Below are positions 1 to 11,066 of a stretch of 64,000 bases of DNA, piece after piece; positions within the stretch are counted from its first letter, which is position 1, and each line of letters begins with the position of its first letter. This stretch comes from an uncultured Pseudomonadota bacterium. GTDB taxonomy: Bacteria; Oederibacteriota; Muellerivitia; Muellerivitales; Muellerivitaceae. The translations under genes were made by a program, and so were the position numbers. Under the pieces are notes generated by a model, which did no database searches, was not told the DNA's origin, and was given only the letters and a program-made list of their open reading frames with translations. The DNA lies in the NCBI GenBank assembly GCA_963843375.1, contig CAWJKT010000004.1, positions 288,001 through 352,000 on the forward strand, read 5' to 3'.

Positions 1-701
1 CTTTTCCGGCGGTGGTGGGATTGTTCGGATGCCCCACTATTATCAATAACGTAAAAACCTTGTCCTCCGTTCCATGGATTATCGTCAACGGCGCCGCCGC
101 CTATATGGGCATCGGGACCAAGGAATCCGCCGGGACCCACATTTTTGGGCTTTCGGGCCACGTGAACCAGACGGGCTATTGGGAAATGCCCTTCGGACTG
201 CCCATGATGGAATTTATTGAAAAAAACGGCAAGGGCATGAAGGGTGGAAAGCTGAAAGCCGTCATCCCGGGTGGTTCTTCTTGCCCGGTCTTGACCGCCG
301 AGGAATGCCAGGATTTGACCCTCACATATGAGAGTATGCGGGACCATAAGACCATGTTTGGCACCGGTTGCGCCATCATCATGAACGAGCATACTGACAT
401 GGTGAAGGTATTAAAGAATCTTACCCATTTTTATTCCCACGAGTCCTGCGGGCAATGCACGCCCTGCCGGGAGGGAACAGCTTGGGAGGATCGGATCATG
501 AAAAAAATCCTGGACGGGGAAGCCACGACCAAAGAACTGGAACTGATGCTGGAGATCGCTGACAACATGGAAGGGAAGACGATTTGCGTTTTGTCCGCCG
601 CTTTGGCCATGCCGGTGAGAAGTTTTCTCAAAAAGTTTAGGGCCGATTTCGAGAAATACTGCAAGCCGGCCTTGGTGGCCGTGCCGGAAGCGGTCTCCTA
701 A
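1..701 (+). CDS. nuoF: NADH-quinone oxidoreductase subunit F, C-terminal part (5' end outside window)
   Basis: GLFGCPTIINNV, PGGSS, GTG and ESCGQCTPCREG...GKTIC (N3 4Fe-4S ligands); first gene of nuo run. Confidence 0.95.
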   Translation, partial: FPAVVGLFGCPTIINNVKTLSSVPWIIVNGAAAYMGIGTKESAGTHIFGLSGHVNQTGYWEMPFGLPMMEFIEKNGKGMKGGKLKAVIPGGSSCPVLTAEECQDLTLTYESMRDHKTMFGTGCAIIMNEHTDMVKVLKNLTHFYSHESCGQCTPCREGTAWEDRIMKKILDGEATTKELELMLEIADNMEGKTICVLSAALAMPVRSFLKKFRADFEKYCKPALVAVPEAVS

Positions 702-2326
702 TGGCCAAAATCACCATCAACGGTAAGCCCTTGGAAGTACCGGACGGCACCAATGTTCTGGACGCCGCCATTTCCAACGGAATCCCCCTGGAACATTTTT
801 GCTACCATTCCTACCTGCCGGTGGCGGGTAACTGCCGCACTTGCATGGTAGAGATCGAGGGCCCCAAGGGCCCCATGCTCACGATTGGCTGCAACACCAA
901 GGTGGCCGAGGGAATGGTTATTCATACGGAAAGCCCCAAGGCGAAAGCTTCCCAAAAAAGCGCGCTGGAAATGTTGTTGCTCGACCATCCACTCGACTGC
1001 CCCGTTTGCGACAAGGCGGGGGAGTGCAAACTGCAAAACCAATACATGGAATACGGCCTTTACAATTTCCGCCGGGATGTGCCCCGCTACTTCAAAGGCG
1101 GAAAAGCTGAGGATATCGGCGAGCATATCATGCTGGACCAGGAACGCTGCGTGCTTTGCACCCGATGTATCCGTTTCGTGGACGAGGTTCCCAAGACCTC
1201 CGAGTTGGGCATCGTGAACCGGGGGCACGAGTCCAAGATCACCATTTTCCCTGGGGTGAAGCTGGACAATCCCTACTCGGGCAACGTCACTGACATCTGC
1301 CCCGTGGGAGCTCTCACCTTGAAGGAATTCCGTTTCAAGCAACGGGTCTGGTTCCTCAAGAAAACCGAATCCATTTGCCCGGGCTGTGCGCGGGGCTGCA
1401 ATATCACCGTGGAGCAAAACCACGGGCGGGTTTATCGCTTTATGCCCCGGGAGAACGCCGAACTCAATAAGACCTGGATCTGCGATGAGGGTCGGTTTTC
1501 CTTTAACCATTTCCAGGAAAATCGGGTTTCCGAAGTGAGGCTGGGACACGCGAACAGTGATTTTTCTAACGGGATCACCCAATTGGCCAATCTGTTGGAG
1601 GGGGTCTCGCCGGATGAAGTGGCGGGCATCGCTTCCCCCGCGGCGGCGCTCGAAGACAATTACATAATGAAGAAGCTTTTCGAGAAGCGTTTTAAGGTGA
1701 AAAATCTCGCCGCGCCTTTCTGGGGTAAAAAAGGCGAGGAGGACAAAATCCTCAAACTCTCGGATAAGACACCGAATACCCAGGGTCTGAAACTTTTGGG
1801 AATAGATACTGACGGAACGGACCTGCTTTCCCGTATCGAAAAGGGCGAATTTAATGTGGTCATCCTCATGCACAACAATCCCTTCGGCCAGGACGAGGAT
1901 AGAGCCAAGAAAATATACGGAAAAGTGAAGGCTTTGATCGTGCTTTCCGTCCATAAGACCAAAGTCGTCGAGCAGGGCTCAATGGTTTTTCCCATGAGAC
2001 CTTTCACGGAAAAGAATGGAACTTTCGTCAATGCTACCAGCCGTTTACAACGATTTCGCCAGGCCGTTGAACCGGAGAATCCCGACGTGCTTGAAGCTTC
2101 ATTATGGTTTTGCAAATTGGCTAAGGCGCTAAAAGTGGAAGGTTTTGATTTTAAGGACACTCCCTCTATTTTTAACACCATGACCAAAGAAGTGGACTTG
2201 CTAAAAGGACTTACATTCAACTCTATACCTTCCACCGGAAAAGTCCTGGATTTGAAACCTCTAGCGGCCGAACCCTTTCAGGGCGTGAAGGCCCAACCCA
2301 ACGTTTTGGGGAAGGCAAAGGCATGA
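701..2326 (+). CDS. nuoG: NADH-quinone oxidoreductase subunit G (short 541-aa form)
   Basis: FCYH..L.VAGNCRTC (2Fe-2S), HPLDCPVCDKAGEC, RCVLCTRC..C and CPGCARGC...C; overlaps nuoF stop. Confidence 0.93.
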   Translation: MAKITINGKPLEVPDGTNVLDAAISNGIPLEHFCYHSYLPVAGNCRTCMVEIEGPKGPMLTIGCNTKVAEGMVIHTESPKAKASQKSALEMLLLDHPLDCPVCDKAGECKLQNQYMEYGLYNFRRDVPRYFKGGKAEDIGEHIMLDQERCVLCTRCIRFVDEVPKTSELGIVNRGHESKITIFPGVKLDNPYSGNVTDICPVGALTLKEFRFKQRVWFLKKTESICPGCARGCNITVEQNHGRVYRFMPRENAELNKTWICDEGRFSFNHFQENRVSEVRLGHANSDFSNGITQLANLLEGVSPDEVAGIASPAAALEDNYIMKKLFEKRFKVKNLAAPFWGKKGEEDKILKLSDKTPNTQGLKLLGIDTDGTDLLSRIEKGEFNVVILMHNNPFGQDEDRAKKIYGKVKALIVLSVHKTKVVEQGSMVFPMRPFTEKNGTFVNATSRLQRFRQAVEPENPDVLEASLWFCKLAKALKVEGFDFKDTPSIFNTMTKEVDLLKGLTFNSIPSTGKVLDLKPLAAEPFQGVKAQPNVLGKAKA

Positions 2327-3632
2327 TCGATTCCAACCAACTTTTCACTCTCATCAATATCACGGTCATGACCGTGGTGGCCTGGCTGATCCCCCTTCAG
2401 TTTATCCCGGTCTTCATCTGGCTGGAACGAAAGGGAAGCGCCATCATCCAGGACCGAATCGGCCCCAACCGGGCGGAGATTCTGGGTTTCCGTCTTTTCG
2501 GAATGATCCATAATTTCGCCGACGTGGTGAAACTGATGATGAAGGAAAACATCGTGCCCACCCACGTCAACCGTTTCTATTTCATCCTGGCGCCCTTTTG
2601 GTCCATGGCCGTGAGCCTTCTGCCCCTTTTGGTGATTCCCCTGGCCGCGCCGATTGCCTGGGGAGAGCATACGGTCCATTTTCAAGCCGCCGATTTAGGG
2701 GTGGGGATACTCTTCATCCTATCCATCACCAGCATGGGTGTTTTCGGGGTCATGCTGGCGGGCTGGTCCTCCAACAATAAGTTTTCCCTTTTGGGCGGCA
2801 TCCGTTCCTCGGCCCAAATGATTTCCTACGAGCTTTCCATGGGGCTGGCCATCGTGGGGCTTCTGATGGTGTACCAGGACGTCAAATTGAGTTCCATCGT
2901 GGAAACGCAGGGACGGCTTTTGACCGTTTGGGGCCATACATTGCCTTTGCCCAATTGGGGGATTTTCCTTCAGCCGGTCGGGTTCCTTCTTTTTCTCGTG
3001 GCATCCTTCGCCGAGACCAACCGGAACCCCTTCGACTTGGCCGAAGGCGAATCGGAGCTGGTGGCGGGTTACCACGTGGAATATTCCAGCGTGAAGTTCG
3101 CGCTTTTCTTCATGGCTGAATATTCCAACATGGTGGTGGCGGCCTTTGTCATCTCCACCCTCTTTTTCGGAGGGTACCAGGTGCCTTTCGTTTCTACCGC
3201 ATCCTTGACGCAAAATCCGAAACTCACTTTGGGGATTCTTTGCGGTTTGGTGGCTCTGCTGAAGGGAACGGCGGGTCTTTTCTTCCTGAAAGGCGGCAAC
3301 CAACAAAAGCATCTTATATACAGGAGTGAAAAGGGCGAACCCTATATTTGGTCAGGGCTTTGTTTCGCTGTGGCTTTGGGGCCTTGGTTTTTCTGGTGGT
3401 GGGATTGAGCGTGAATTTTACCCCCAGGGCAACGGCGGTCTTGGCCGCCGTGCTTCAATTGATTTGCCTGTCCCTGAAGGTCTTGTTTTTCTGCTGGCTT
3501 TTCGTGTGGGTGCGCTGGACCATGCCCCGGTTCCGTTACGACCAATTGATGAAACTGGGGTGGAAGGTGATGATTCCATTGGCTCTGTTGAACCTGTTGG
3601 TGACGGGCGTGATCGTATTGACTCAAAAGTAA
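2323..3632 (+). CDS. nuoH: NADH-quinone oxidoreductase subunit H; frame broken near 3310-3385 (probable sequencing error)
   Basis: ERK...[34 protein letters not shown] in 2323..3408; C-terminal [20 protein letters not shown] in second frame 3348..3632. Confidence 0.9.
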
Positions 3633-3642
3633 AGGAAACGAA

Positions 3643-4188
3643 ATGAGAGTCGTTCACCGTCCGGGAATGAAGAACTCGGAAAAAATTTACGTGGTGGAAG
3701 TCGTCAAGGGATTGGCCCTGACCATAGGCCACGTCATTGCATAACTTGTTCGAGCCGAAGGATATGCCCGTGGTGTCCTTCCCCGAGGAGCACAAGGCCT
3801 TGCCCCCGGCCACTCGGGGAAGGCACCGCCTGATGAAGCGGGAGGACGAATCCCCCCGCTGTACGGCCTGCATGCTTTGCGCCACGGCTTGCCCGGCGGA
3901 ATGTATCCATATCAAGGCCGTCGAATCGCCTGATCCCGATGTTGAGAAATTACCCGAGAAATTCGACATCGACATGTTCGCTGCGTTTATTGCGGTTTTT
4001 GCGTGGATGCCTGCCCTTTGGACGCCATCCGCATGGATATTCCCGAGGTGACCGTTGCTGGGTACACTCGGGAGTCCCTGGTGTATCACAAAGAATTTTT
4101 ATTGGATCACGATAACAAGGATGTGGTGCCGAATTACAATCCGCCCCGTCCGGTGCTATGGACCCATGGTCCTCACGCCAAGCCTTGA
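3643..4188 (+). CDS. nuoI: NADH-quinone oxidoreductase subunit I; two frameshifts (~3737, ~3978)
   Basis: ATG 3643 MRVVHRP..; [12 protein letters not shown] in 3737..4051; [13 protein letters not shown] continues in the 4003..4188 frame; between nuoH and nuoJ. Confidence 0.88.
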
Positions 4189-4213
4189 GATTGATTTTAA
4201 GGAAAGGTTGTTC

Positions 4214-4717
4214 ATGATCGAAGCGGTTTTGTTTTATATCCTAGCGGCGGTCTTGGCGGGTTTGGGATTGGTGGTTATCACCCGTACGAATCCCATCGCG
4301 TCGGCGTTGGCCATGGTGGGAGCCTTCGGGGCTCTAGCGGCGCTTTATGCGCTTTTATCGGCAACTTTTGTGGCCATTCTCCAGATCCTGGTTTATGCCG
4401 GAGGCATCATGGTGCTCATCATCTTCGTCATCATGCTCTTGAATCTCCACCCGGACGATCTGAAGCCGATGAAAGCGAAGGGCACCATGGTAGCGCTGGC
4501 CTTGCTTGGAGTCTTAGGCATAGCTTTCGGCCCGGTTTTCCTGGTGGTTTTACCCCAGGGGATTTGGAGACTAGCCGTTTTGCCCCAAGATTTTGGAAGC
4601 ATCTTTAGCGTTGGCGAAAAAATATTTTCCGATTACCTATTCCCATTTGAAATGCTTTCACTGGTGCTTTTAACCGCGGTGGTGGGTGCCTTAATCCTAT
4701 CGAAAAGGAAACTTTGA
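4214..4717 (+). CDS. nuoJ: NADH-quinone oxidoreductase subunit J
   Basis: [28 protein letters not shown] 4214 after AAGGAAAGG. Confidence 0.92.
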   Translation: MIEAVLFYILAAVLAGLGLVVITRTNPIASALAMVGAFGALAALYALLSATFVAILQILVYAGGIMVLIIFVIMLLNLHPDDLKPMKAKGTMVALALLGVLGIAFGPVFLVVLPQGIWRLAVLPQDFGSIFSVGEKIFSDYLFPFEMLSLVLLTAVVGALILSKRKL

Positions 4718-5034
4718 TGGATCTGTTATTTCCCGTCACCCCCACCCACTATCTCGTATTGTCGGCGGTGTTGTTCGGAATCGGGACGGCCGGGGTATTG
4801 TCCCGAAAGAATTTATTCATCGTCCTGATGTCCCTGGAACTGATGTTGAACGCGGTAAATCTTTCTTTTGTCATTTTCTCCAGGATCAATGGGGACTTAA
4901 CGGGTCACGTGATCGTTCTTTTCGTCGTGGCTGTCGCCGCGGCGGAAGCATGTGTGGGGCTGGCCATCGTAATCGCCATGTATCGGCTGAAAGAAAGCGT
5001 GGATTTGGACCTCTTTAAAGACTTGAAAGGTTAA
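4717..5034 (+). CDS. nuoK: NADH-quinone oxidoreductase subunit K
   Basis: [25 protein letters not shown]-terminal LKG. Confidence 0.95.
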   Translation: MDLLFPVTPTHYLVLSAVLFGIGTAGVLSRKNLFIVLMSLELMLNAVNLSFVIFSRINGDLTGHVIVLFVVAVAAAEACVGLAIVIAMYRLKESVDLDLFKDLKG

Positions 5035-5036
5035 AA

Positions 5037-7019
5037 ATGGGTTTGGACTCTTTTCAATATAAGAACCTTGTCCAATTCGACTGGATATGGCTGATCCTGG
5101 CCGCGCCGTTCCTGGGCACGCTGGTTAACGGTATATTGGTGTTAATCGGCGCCCGCCGGAAAAAGGACATCGTCCCCCCGGGACTTTACGCCACCCTGTC
5201 CTGTGGCGCCGCCATACTTTCCTTCATTGCTGCTTGGTTTACTTTTGTCCACTTTAAGGACTTGCCCGACGGCAGCGTCCTGACCCAGGAACTTTTCGAC
5301 TGGATCGAAGCGGGGACTTTCCATGTGAAGATGAGTTTCGAGTTGGATGCCCTTTCCATGACAATGATCATTTTTATCACTTTTGTTTCCAGCCTGATCC
5401 ACCTTTATTCCATCGGCTACATGAAAGATGACCCAGGGTTCGGCCGTTTTTTCACCTATTTGAACCTCTTCCTTTTTTCCATGCTCGTGCTGGTTATGGC
5501 TCAGAACCTCCTAGTCTTGTTCCTGGGGTGGGAAGGCGTGGGGTTTTGTTCCTACCTTTTAATCGGTTTTTGGTTTGAGGATGAGGCCAAGGCTAACGCG
5601 GGCAAGAAGGCCATTATTGTAAACCGCATTGGGGACGCGGGGTTCCTGGCGGGACTCTTGATTGTATTTGTCCTGGCGGGCACCTTCAATTTCAACGAAC
5701 TACAACTGGGCAAGCACGCCTTCAGCGAATTGTCCGCAACGATCATATGCCTCTGCTTTTTCTTCGGAGCGGCGGGGAAATCGGCCCAAATCCCCCTCTA
5801 TGTCTGGCTGCCGGACGCCATGGCGGGTCCAACACCGGTTTCGGCTTTGATCCATGCGGCTACCATGGTGACGGCGGGTGTTTATTTGGTCGCCAGGTTG
5901 AATTTCCTTTTTGTCCTGGCGCCTTGGGCTTCCACCGTTGTGGCAGTGATAGGTGTTCTTACGGCCCTTCTGGCGGCTACCATCGCCCTGGGGCAGACTG
6001 ACATCAAGAAGGTTTTGGCCTATTCCACCGTTTCCCAACTGGGCTATATGTTTTTGGGCGTGGGTGTGAGCGCCTATGGCGCCGGTATCTTCCACCTGAT
6101 CACCCATGGTTTCTTCAAGGCCTGCCTGTTCCTGGCGGCGGGTTCGGTGATCCACTCCATGAAGGGTGAGCAGGATATCCGCAAAATGGGAGGGTTGTTG
6201 AAACACGTTCCCATGACGAGTATTTCTTTTATGCTGGCCTGGATGGCGATCTCCGGCATTCTCCCTTTTTGCGGAGGATTCAACAGCAAGGACGCCATCC
6301 TTTGGAAAGCCCTGGCCACCCCTAATCCTGTGATTCCTTTCCTGCCTCAAATACTTTACTTCACGGCGCTCTTCACCGCTTTCCTGACAGCCTTTTATAT
6401 GACACGGCTCGTGGTCCTTGTATTCTTTGGTGAATACCGAGGCGATGGGGAGGTTTTCGAGCACATTCACGAGTCCCCGAAAATCATGACGATTCCTTTG
6501 TTCATCCTTGCGATCGGATCGGTAGCTATCGGATGGATTGGAATGCCCGAAGCCATCGGGGGAGGAAATTCCCTGGGAAAGTTTTTGGAACCAATTTTTC
6601 ACCTTTCCACGATCGAGGCCACTAATGTCTCCGCGAAAATGGAACCTTTACTCATGTTGATGTCCTTTTTGGTGGCGGGCTTGGGTGCGGGAATGGCCTG
6701 TTATGTTTACGGCTTGAAACACACCATAAGTCCTCTTCTTCTCAAAATGATTCCCGGCGGAAAGAAAGCCATCGAAAAAAAATACTATGTGGACGAGATA
6801 TACGAGGTGCTGGTCGTACGAATGGTGAGGGGCTTCGCCGAATGGGTTTCCAACCGGCTGGTGGAGCAGATCCTGATCAATCGTCTTGTGGAAGCTTTCG
6901 CTCATGTCGTCGAAACGCTTGCGCGACTTTCGCGAAAATTCCAAGTGGGGTTAGTTCGGGTTTACTTGGCTTATGTGGTGGCGGGTGCGGCTTTATTGAT
7001 TTACCTCATACTTCATTGA
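5037..7019 (+). CDS. nuoL: NADH-quinone oxidoreductase subunit L
   Basis: GWEGVG..SYLLIGFW, GKSAQIPL.VWLPDAMAGPTPVSALIHAATMV, DIKKVLAYST. Confidence 0.96.
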   Translation: MGLDSFQYKNLVQFDWIWLILAAPFLGTLVNGILVLIGARRKKDIVPPGLYATLSCGAAILSFIAAWFTFVHFKDLPDGSVLTQELFDWIEAGTFHVKMSFELDALSMTMIIFITFVSSLIHLYSIGYMKDDPGFGRFFTYLNLFLFSMLVLVMAQNLLVLFLGWEGVGFCSYLLIGFWFEDEAKANAGKKAIIVNRIGDAGFLAGLLIVFVLAGTFNFNELQLGKHAFSELSATIICLCFFFGAAGKSAQIPLYVWLPDAMAGPTPVSALIHAATMVTAGVYLVARLNFLFVLAPWASTVVAVIGVLTALLAATIALGQTDIKKVLAYSTVSQLGYMFLGVGVSAYGAGIFHLITHGFFKACLFLAAGSVIHSMKGEQDIRKMGGLLKHVPMTSISFMLAWMAISGILPFCGGFNSKDAILWKALATPNPVIPFLPQILYFTALFTAFLTAFYMTRLVVLVFFGEYRGDGEVFEHIHESPKIMTIPLFILAIGSVAIGWIGMPEAIGGGNSLGKFLEPIFHLSTIEATNVSAKMEPLLMLMSFLVAGLGAGMACYVYGLKHTISPLLLKMIPGGKKAIEKKYYVDEIYEVLVVRMVRGFAEWVSNRLVEQILINRLVEAFAHVVETLARLSRKFQVGLVRVYLAYVVAGAALLIYLILH

Positions 7020-7047
7020 ATTGTTCAGTTAAAAAGATTTTGGGAGA

Positions 7048-8580
7048 GTGGTAGTGATTCTATCCATACTTATCGGCCTGCCGGTTCTGGGTGCTTTATT
7101 GGTTGGACTTTTCCCTCCCGCTAAAGTCACCAAAACGCTTTCGCTTCTGGTTTCGGCCACCACTTTTGTATTTTCCTTGTCGCTTTACACCCGTTTCGAT
7201 TCCTCGGATGGCGGTTTCCAATTCAAGGAACAAATGGATTTGATTCCGAATTTCAGTATTCATTATAGTTTGGGATTGGACGGTCTCTCCCTTTGGCTCA
7301 TCCTTTTAACCACCTTTATTACGCCTCTTGTGATACTCGGCAGTTTCACGGGGATTCAAAAGAACATTCGGGGCTTTTATGCCTGTCTGCTTCTTTTGGA
7401 AGCTGCGATGATCGGCACCCTTGCATCCACGGACATCTTCCTTTTTTATCTCTTTTGGGAACTGATGCTGATCCCGGCTTTTTTCCTGATCGGGGTCTGG
7501 GGTGGGCCCAACTGTTTGGGGGCGACGATCAAATTCGTTCTTTTTACGATGCTGGGGTCGCTTTTCATGCTGGTGGCTCTGATTTACGTGACTCATGAAG
7601 TGAAAAGCTTCGATTATGTGAAGATCTTCGAGCACGCTTTTCCGGAAGATGTGCAGTTCTGGTGCTTCCTGGCCTTTGGCCTGGCTTTTCTCATCAAGGT
7701 TCCGATCTTCCCCTTCCACGCTTGGCTTCCCGACGCCTATACCGAAGCTCCGGCGGGTGGCACCGTGATGTTGTCTTCTCTCATGGTCAAATTGGGAGTT
7801 TATGGCCTGCTGCGGTTTTGCATCCCGCTTTTTCCAGACGCGGCTAAGGCTTTCGCACCTTGGATTATGGTGCTGGCCCTTCTCGGGATCGTTCATGGGG
7901 CCTTGATGGCTTCCATCCAAACCAACTTCAAGCGCATGGCCGCTTATTCTTCACTTTCCCATATGGGGATGATCCTTCTTGGCGTTTTCACCTTTTCATT
8001 GATAGGTCTCCAAGGGGGGGTCCTCCAAATGATCGGTCATGGAATCTATATGGCCGGAATATTCCTGTTGATGGGTCTGCTTTATGAACGCCATGCGTCT
8101 CATGAAATGTCCGCTTTCGGTGGAATGGCCAAGGCAACCCCGCTTTTAGCGGCGGCTTTTCTTTGGATGATGCTCTCGGCGGCTGGGCTGCCTGGGTTCG
8201 CTGGTTTTGTGGGAGAAATATTGCTCTTCATTTCTACCTATAAGGCGGCTCCCTTGCTGGCCATCATCGCCATCACGGGGTTTGTCCTTTCAGCCTGGTA
8301 TTTGTTCCATTTTTACGGGAAGGTTTTTTTCGGCCCGCTCAGGAAAGAAAACCAAAAACTTCATGACCTCTCCCTCAGTGAAGGGCTAGCCCTTTTGCCC
8401 CTAGCCTTGGCGGCGCTCTGGATCGGGTTGAATCCCAATTTTTTCCTGGCACCCATGGAGAAGTCCCTTCAAATGAAGGTGATCGAGAAACTCAAACCAC
8501 CCCCACCAATGACCGATTTTGCCGCCCAACAAAGGCGGGTACAAGAAGAAATGGATAAAGATAAGAAGAGGACCCGATAA
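7048..8580 (+). CDS. nuoM: NADH-quinone oxidoreductase subunit M
   Basis: LGLDGLS, FYLFWELMLIP, IKVPIFPFHAWLPDA.TEAP, AYSSLSHMG. Confidence 0.95.
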   Translation: MVVILSILIGLPVLGALLVGLFPPAKVTKTLSLLVSATTFVFSLSLYTRFDSSDGGFQFKEQMDLIPNFSIHYSLGLDGLSLWLILLTTFITPLVILGSFTGIQKNIRGFYACLLLLEAAMIGTLASTDIFLFYLFWELMLIPAFFLIGVWGGPNCLGATIKFVLFTMLGSLFMLVALIYVTHEVKSFDYVKIFEHAFPEDVQFWCFLAFGLAFLIKVPIFPFHAWLPDAYTEAPAGGTVMLSSLMVKLGVYGLLRFCIPLFPDAAKAFAPWIMVLALLGIVHGALMASIQTNFKRMAAYSSLSHMGMILLGVFTFSLIGLQGGVLQMIGHGIYMAGIFLLMGLLYERHASHEMSAFGGMAKATPLLAAAFLWMMLSAAGLPGFAGFVGEILLFISTYKAAPLLAIIAITGFVLSAWYLFHFYGKVFFGPLRKENQKLHDLSLSEGLALLPLALAALWIGLNPNFFLAPMEKSLQMKVIEKLKPPPPMTDFAAQQRRVQEEMDKDKKRTR

Positions 8581-10010
8581 TGAATTTGTCCTGCCCTGAA
8601 TTTACCGGTTTGCTCCCACTCTGGATTGTTTCGGGAGGGGCGATTCTTTTGCTTTTGGCGGAGGTCCTGCTCCATGAGGAGGGCCGGAAAATCGCTCCGG
8701 TCTTAGCTGGAACCCTTCTGGTTCTATCTTTAGGAAGCGTCTTCCATTTGCTTTCCATGAGAGCCATGCCGGGGTGCCTTTTTAACGGATCAGTAGTGGT
8801 GGACTATTATTCACTGACCCTGGAGGGAATCTGTATTTTATCCGCCCTATTGACTTGCGTTTTTTCAGCCTTTTATCTGAAGCAGGAAAAGGCCGTGACG
8901 GGTGAATATTACGCCCTCCTCCTTTTGGCGGTAGCCGGTATGTTCACGCTGGTCTTGGCCGCGGATTTCCTCACCTTTTTTGTGGGTTTGGAACTGATGT
9001 CTCTGGCTGGTTATATCCTCGCGGGATACTTGCGGGTGAAAGAGCGGTCCACCGAAGCGGCGCTGAAATATTTCATGCTGGGGGTCTTCGCCTCGGGGTT
9101 CCTGCTGTACGGCATTGCGGTGCTTTACGGGGTTTCGGGAACCATCCATTTTCCGGATCTGCGGCACTATTTAGAACAAGGGCATAGTTTTTCCGTTTTC
9201 GTGCAATGGGGAGTGGCCCTGCTTTTGGTGGGCCTGGGATTCAAAGTGGCCTTGGTTCCTTTCCACGGCTGGGCACCGGACGTTTATGACGGAGCCCCCG
9301 CCCCCGTTTCCGCTTTCCTTTCCACCGGGGTAAAGGCCGCCGCTTTCGGGGCCTTCACCCGGCTTTTTGCCGAGGCCTTTGGTTTGCCGGGCAATTGGAT
9401 TCCCGTTTTCGCCATTTTGGCGGTTCTCACGATGACCCTGGGCAACCTGGGGGCATTAGGACAATCAAGCGTCAAGCGAATGCTGGCTTATTCCAGCGTG
9501 GCCCATGCGGGTTACCTCATGGTGGGATTGGCTGCGGCGTCAGTAGCGCCAGCCGATGAACTGGAAAGGGCAGTAGCTTTCTATCTCCTGGCTTATACAA
9601 TCATGACCGCGGGTGCTTTTGGCTGGATAGCTTGGGTTTCGGGCAAGGGTGAAAAAGGGACGGGCTTTGAGGACATCCGGGGTTTGGGTCCGCATTACCC
9701 CTGGATGGGAATCCCAATGGCGATTTTTATGTTTTCCCTGGCGGGTATGACGCCTACCGCAGGATTTTTCGGGAAATATTATCTTTTCAAACTGGCAATG
9801 GACCATGGCCTTGCCGGTTTGGTGATTATCGCAATCCTAAATAGTTTTGTGTCGGCTTATTACTACCTGCGGGTGGTGGCCTTTCTTTATATGAAACCTG
9901 TTGAATTAAAAGAACCCGTCCCGGCCCCCGCTTCCTGGGGCCTGCGCCTCACGTTCCTTCTATGCGGCCTCGGAGCGCTGGTTATAGGATTCCTGAAATT
10001 TCCTTTTTAA
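8580..10010 (+). CDS. nuoN: NADH-quinone oxidoreductase subunit N
   Basis: EAALKYF, FKVALVPFHGWAPDVYDGAP, KRMLAYSSVAHAGY, YYYLRV. Confidence 0.95.
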   Translation: MNLSCPEFTGLLPLWIVSGGAILLLLAEVLLHEEGRKIAPVLAGTLLVLSLGSVFHLLSMRAMPGCLFNGSVVVDYYSLTLEGICILSALLTCVFSAFYLKQEKAVTGEYYALLLLAVAGMFTLVLAADFLTFFVGLELMSLAGYILAGYLRVKERSTEAALKYFMLGVFASGFLLYGIAVLYGVSGTIHFPDLRHYLEQGHSFSVFVQWGVALLLVGLGFKVALVPFHGWAPDVYDGAPAPVSAFLSTGVKAAAFGAFTRLFAEAFGLPGNWIPVFAILAVLTMTLGNLGALGQSSVKRMLAYSSVAHAGYLMVGLAAASVAPADELERAVAFYLLAYTIMTAGAFGWIAWVSGKGEKGTGFEDIRGLGPHYPWMGIPMAIFMFSLAGMTPTAGFFGKYYLFKLAMDHGLAGLVIIAILNSFVSAYYYLRVVAFLYMKPVELKEPVPAPASWGLRLTFLLCGLGALVIGFLKFPF

Positions 10011-10036
10011 TGGGTTTTGGTTAAGAGGAGGTAGGT

Positions 10037-10336
10037 ATGAAAGTCATCGCCGATCTTTGCGTTGTTCCTATGGGTGTGGGTGTCTCTGTTTCCGAATATG
10101 TGGCCGCCTGCGAGAAGGTTTTGAAGGAAGCCGGCCTTAAGACCCAGCTTCACGCCTATGGCACCAATATCGAGGGAGAATGGGACGCAGTTTTTGCCGC
10201 TATTAAAAAATGCCATGAAGTGGTCCATCAAATGGGGGCCCCTCGAATCTCTACCACCCTGAAATTCGGCACTCGCACCGACCGGGCTCAAACCATGGAA
10301 GAAAAAGTTAAAAGCGTCGAGAAACGCCTGTCCTGA
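10037..10336 (+). CDS. MTH1187/UPF0045 thiamine-binding family protein
   Basis: ADLCVVPMG..SVS.YVA, LHAYGTNIEGEWD, R.D...TM.EKV.SV; strong RBS AGGAGG. Confidence 0.85.
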   Translation: MKVIADLCVVPMGVGVSVSEYVAACEKVLKEAGLKTQLHAYGTNIEGEWDAVFAAIKKCHEVVHQMGAPRISTTLKFGTRTDRAQTMEEKVKSVEKRLS

Positions 10337-10472
10337 ATCTCCTTATTATTCAAAAACTAATACATTCCATAGGTTCTGTCTTATTCCATAACCAAAATCC
10401 CAGAAATAAGATAAAATCATCACGGTCAAGCTTTCTTTGTCGGGAAAGCTTTTATGTCGAGGGGGTGAAGTG

Positions 10473-10934
10473 ATGCGGAGGATTCCAAAAAGTCCTCGGG
10501 GATTTACTTTGATCGAATTAATGATCGTGGTCGCGATCATTGGTATCCTGGCGGCTATTGCCATCCCTCGGTTTGCCCAAATGCTGGAAAAATCCAGGGA
10601 AGGCCAAACGAGAGGCAACCTCAACAGCATTCATTCGGGGGCGGCCATTTATTATGGCGACCAAAGGGGAATTTGGCCCTCGACCTTAAACACCTACTCG
10701 AGCTTCGCCTTCAGCCAATACCTCGATAACGTTGACGGAGTCAAAGTCACTGGCGCTTTTGTCGCCGGAGCCGCCAGCCCGGCAGGGTCGCTCGTTTCAA
10801 TGACAACCCAGGCCTCCGTACCGGTGGCCAGCGGAACCGGTTGGCTTTACGACAGCACGAACGGCGAATTTTACGTGAACAGCACCGTTTCGGATTCCAA
10901 AGGAATTCCCTATTCCTTTTACGGTTTTGAGTAA
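10473..10934 (+). CDS. Type IV pilin / T2SS pseudopilin-like protein
   Basis: Class III signal: basic leader then G|FTLIELMIVVAIIGILAAIAIP. Confidence 0.9.
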   Translation: MRRIPKSPRGFTLIELMIVVAIIGILAAIAIPRFAQMLEKSREGQTRGNLNSIHSGAAIYYGDQRGIWPSTLNTYSSFAFSQYLDNVDGVKVTGAFVAGAASPAGSLVSMTTQASVPVASGTGWLYDSTNGEFYVNSTVSDSKGIPYSFYGFE

Positions 10935-11066
10935 CCGGAGCTTATGGGTTTAAGGCTCGGCGATTTCTGAATTTTTTTAAACCATTTGGGCAAGATCCTG
11001 TCTTGAGCTGGGCCTATTGTTTCTTTCTTGTGGAGACCCCCCCAGCTGAACCGCTATGATTGCCCC

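Noticed and set aside
698..1954. 418-aa minus-strand ORF
   Set aside because: Antisense to nuoG with no motifs.
2323..4188. nuoH/nuoI as pseudogenes or programmed frameshifts
   Set aside because: The rest of the operon is intact, motifs are conserved across the breaks and there is no shared slippery site; sequencing indels are more parsimonious.
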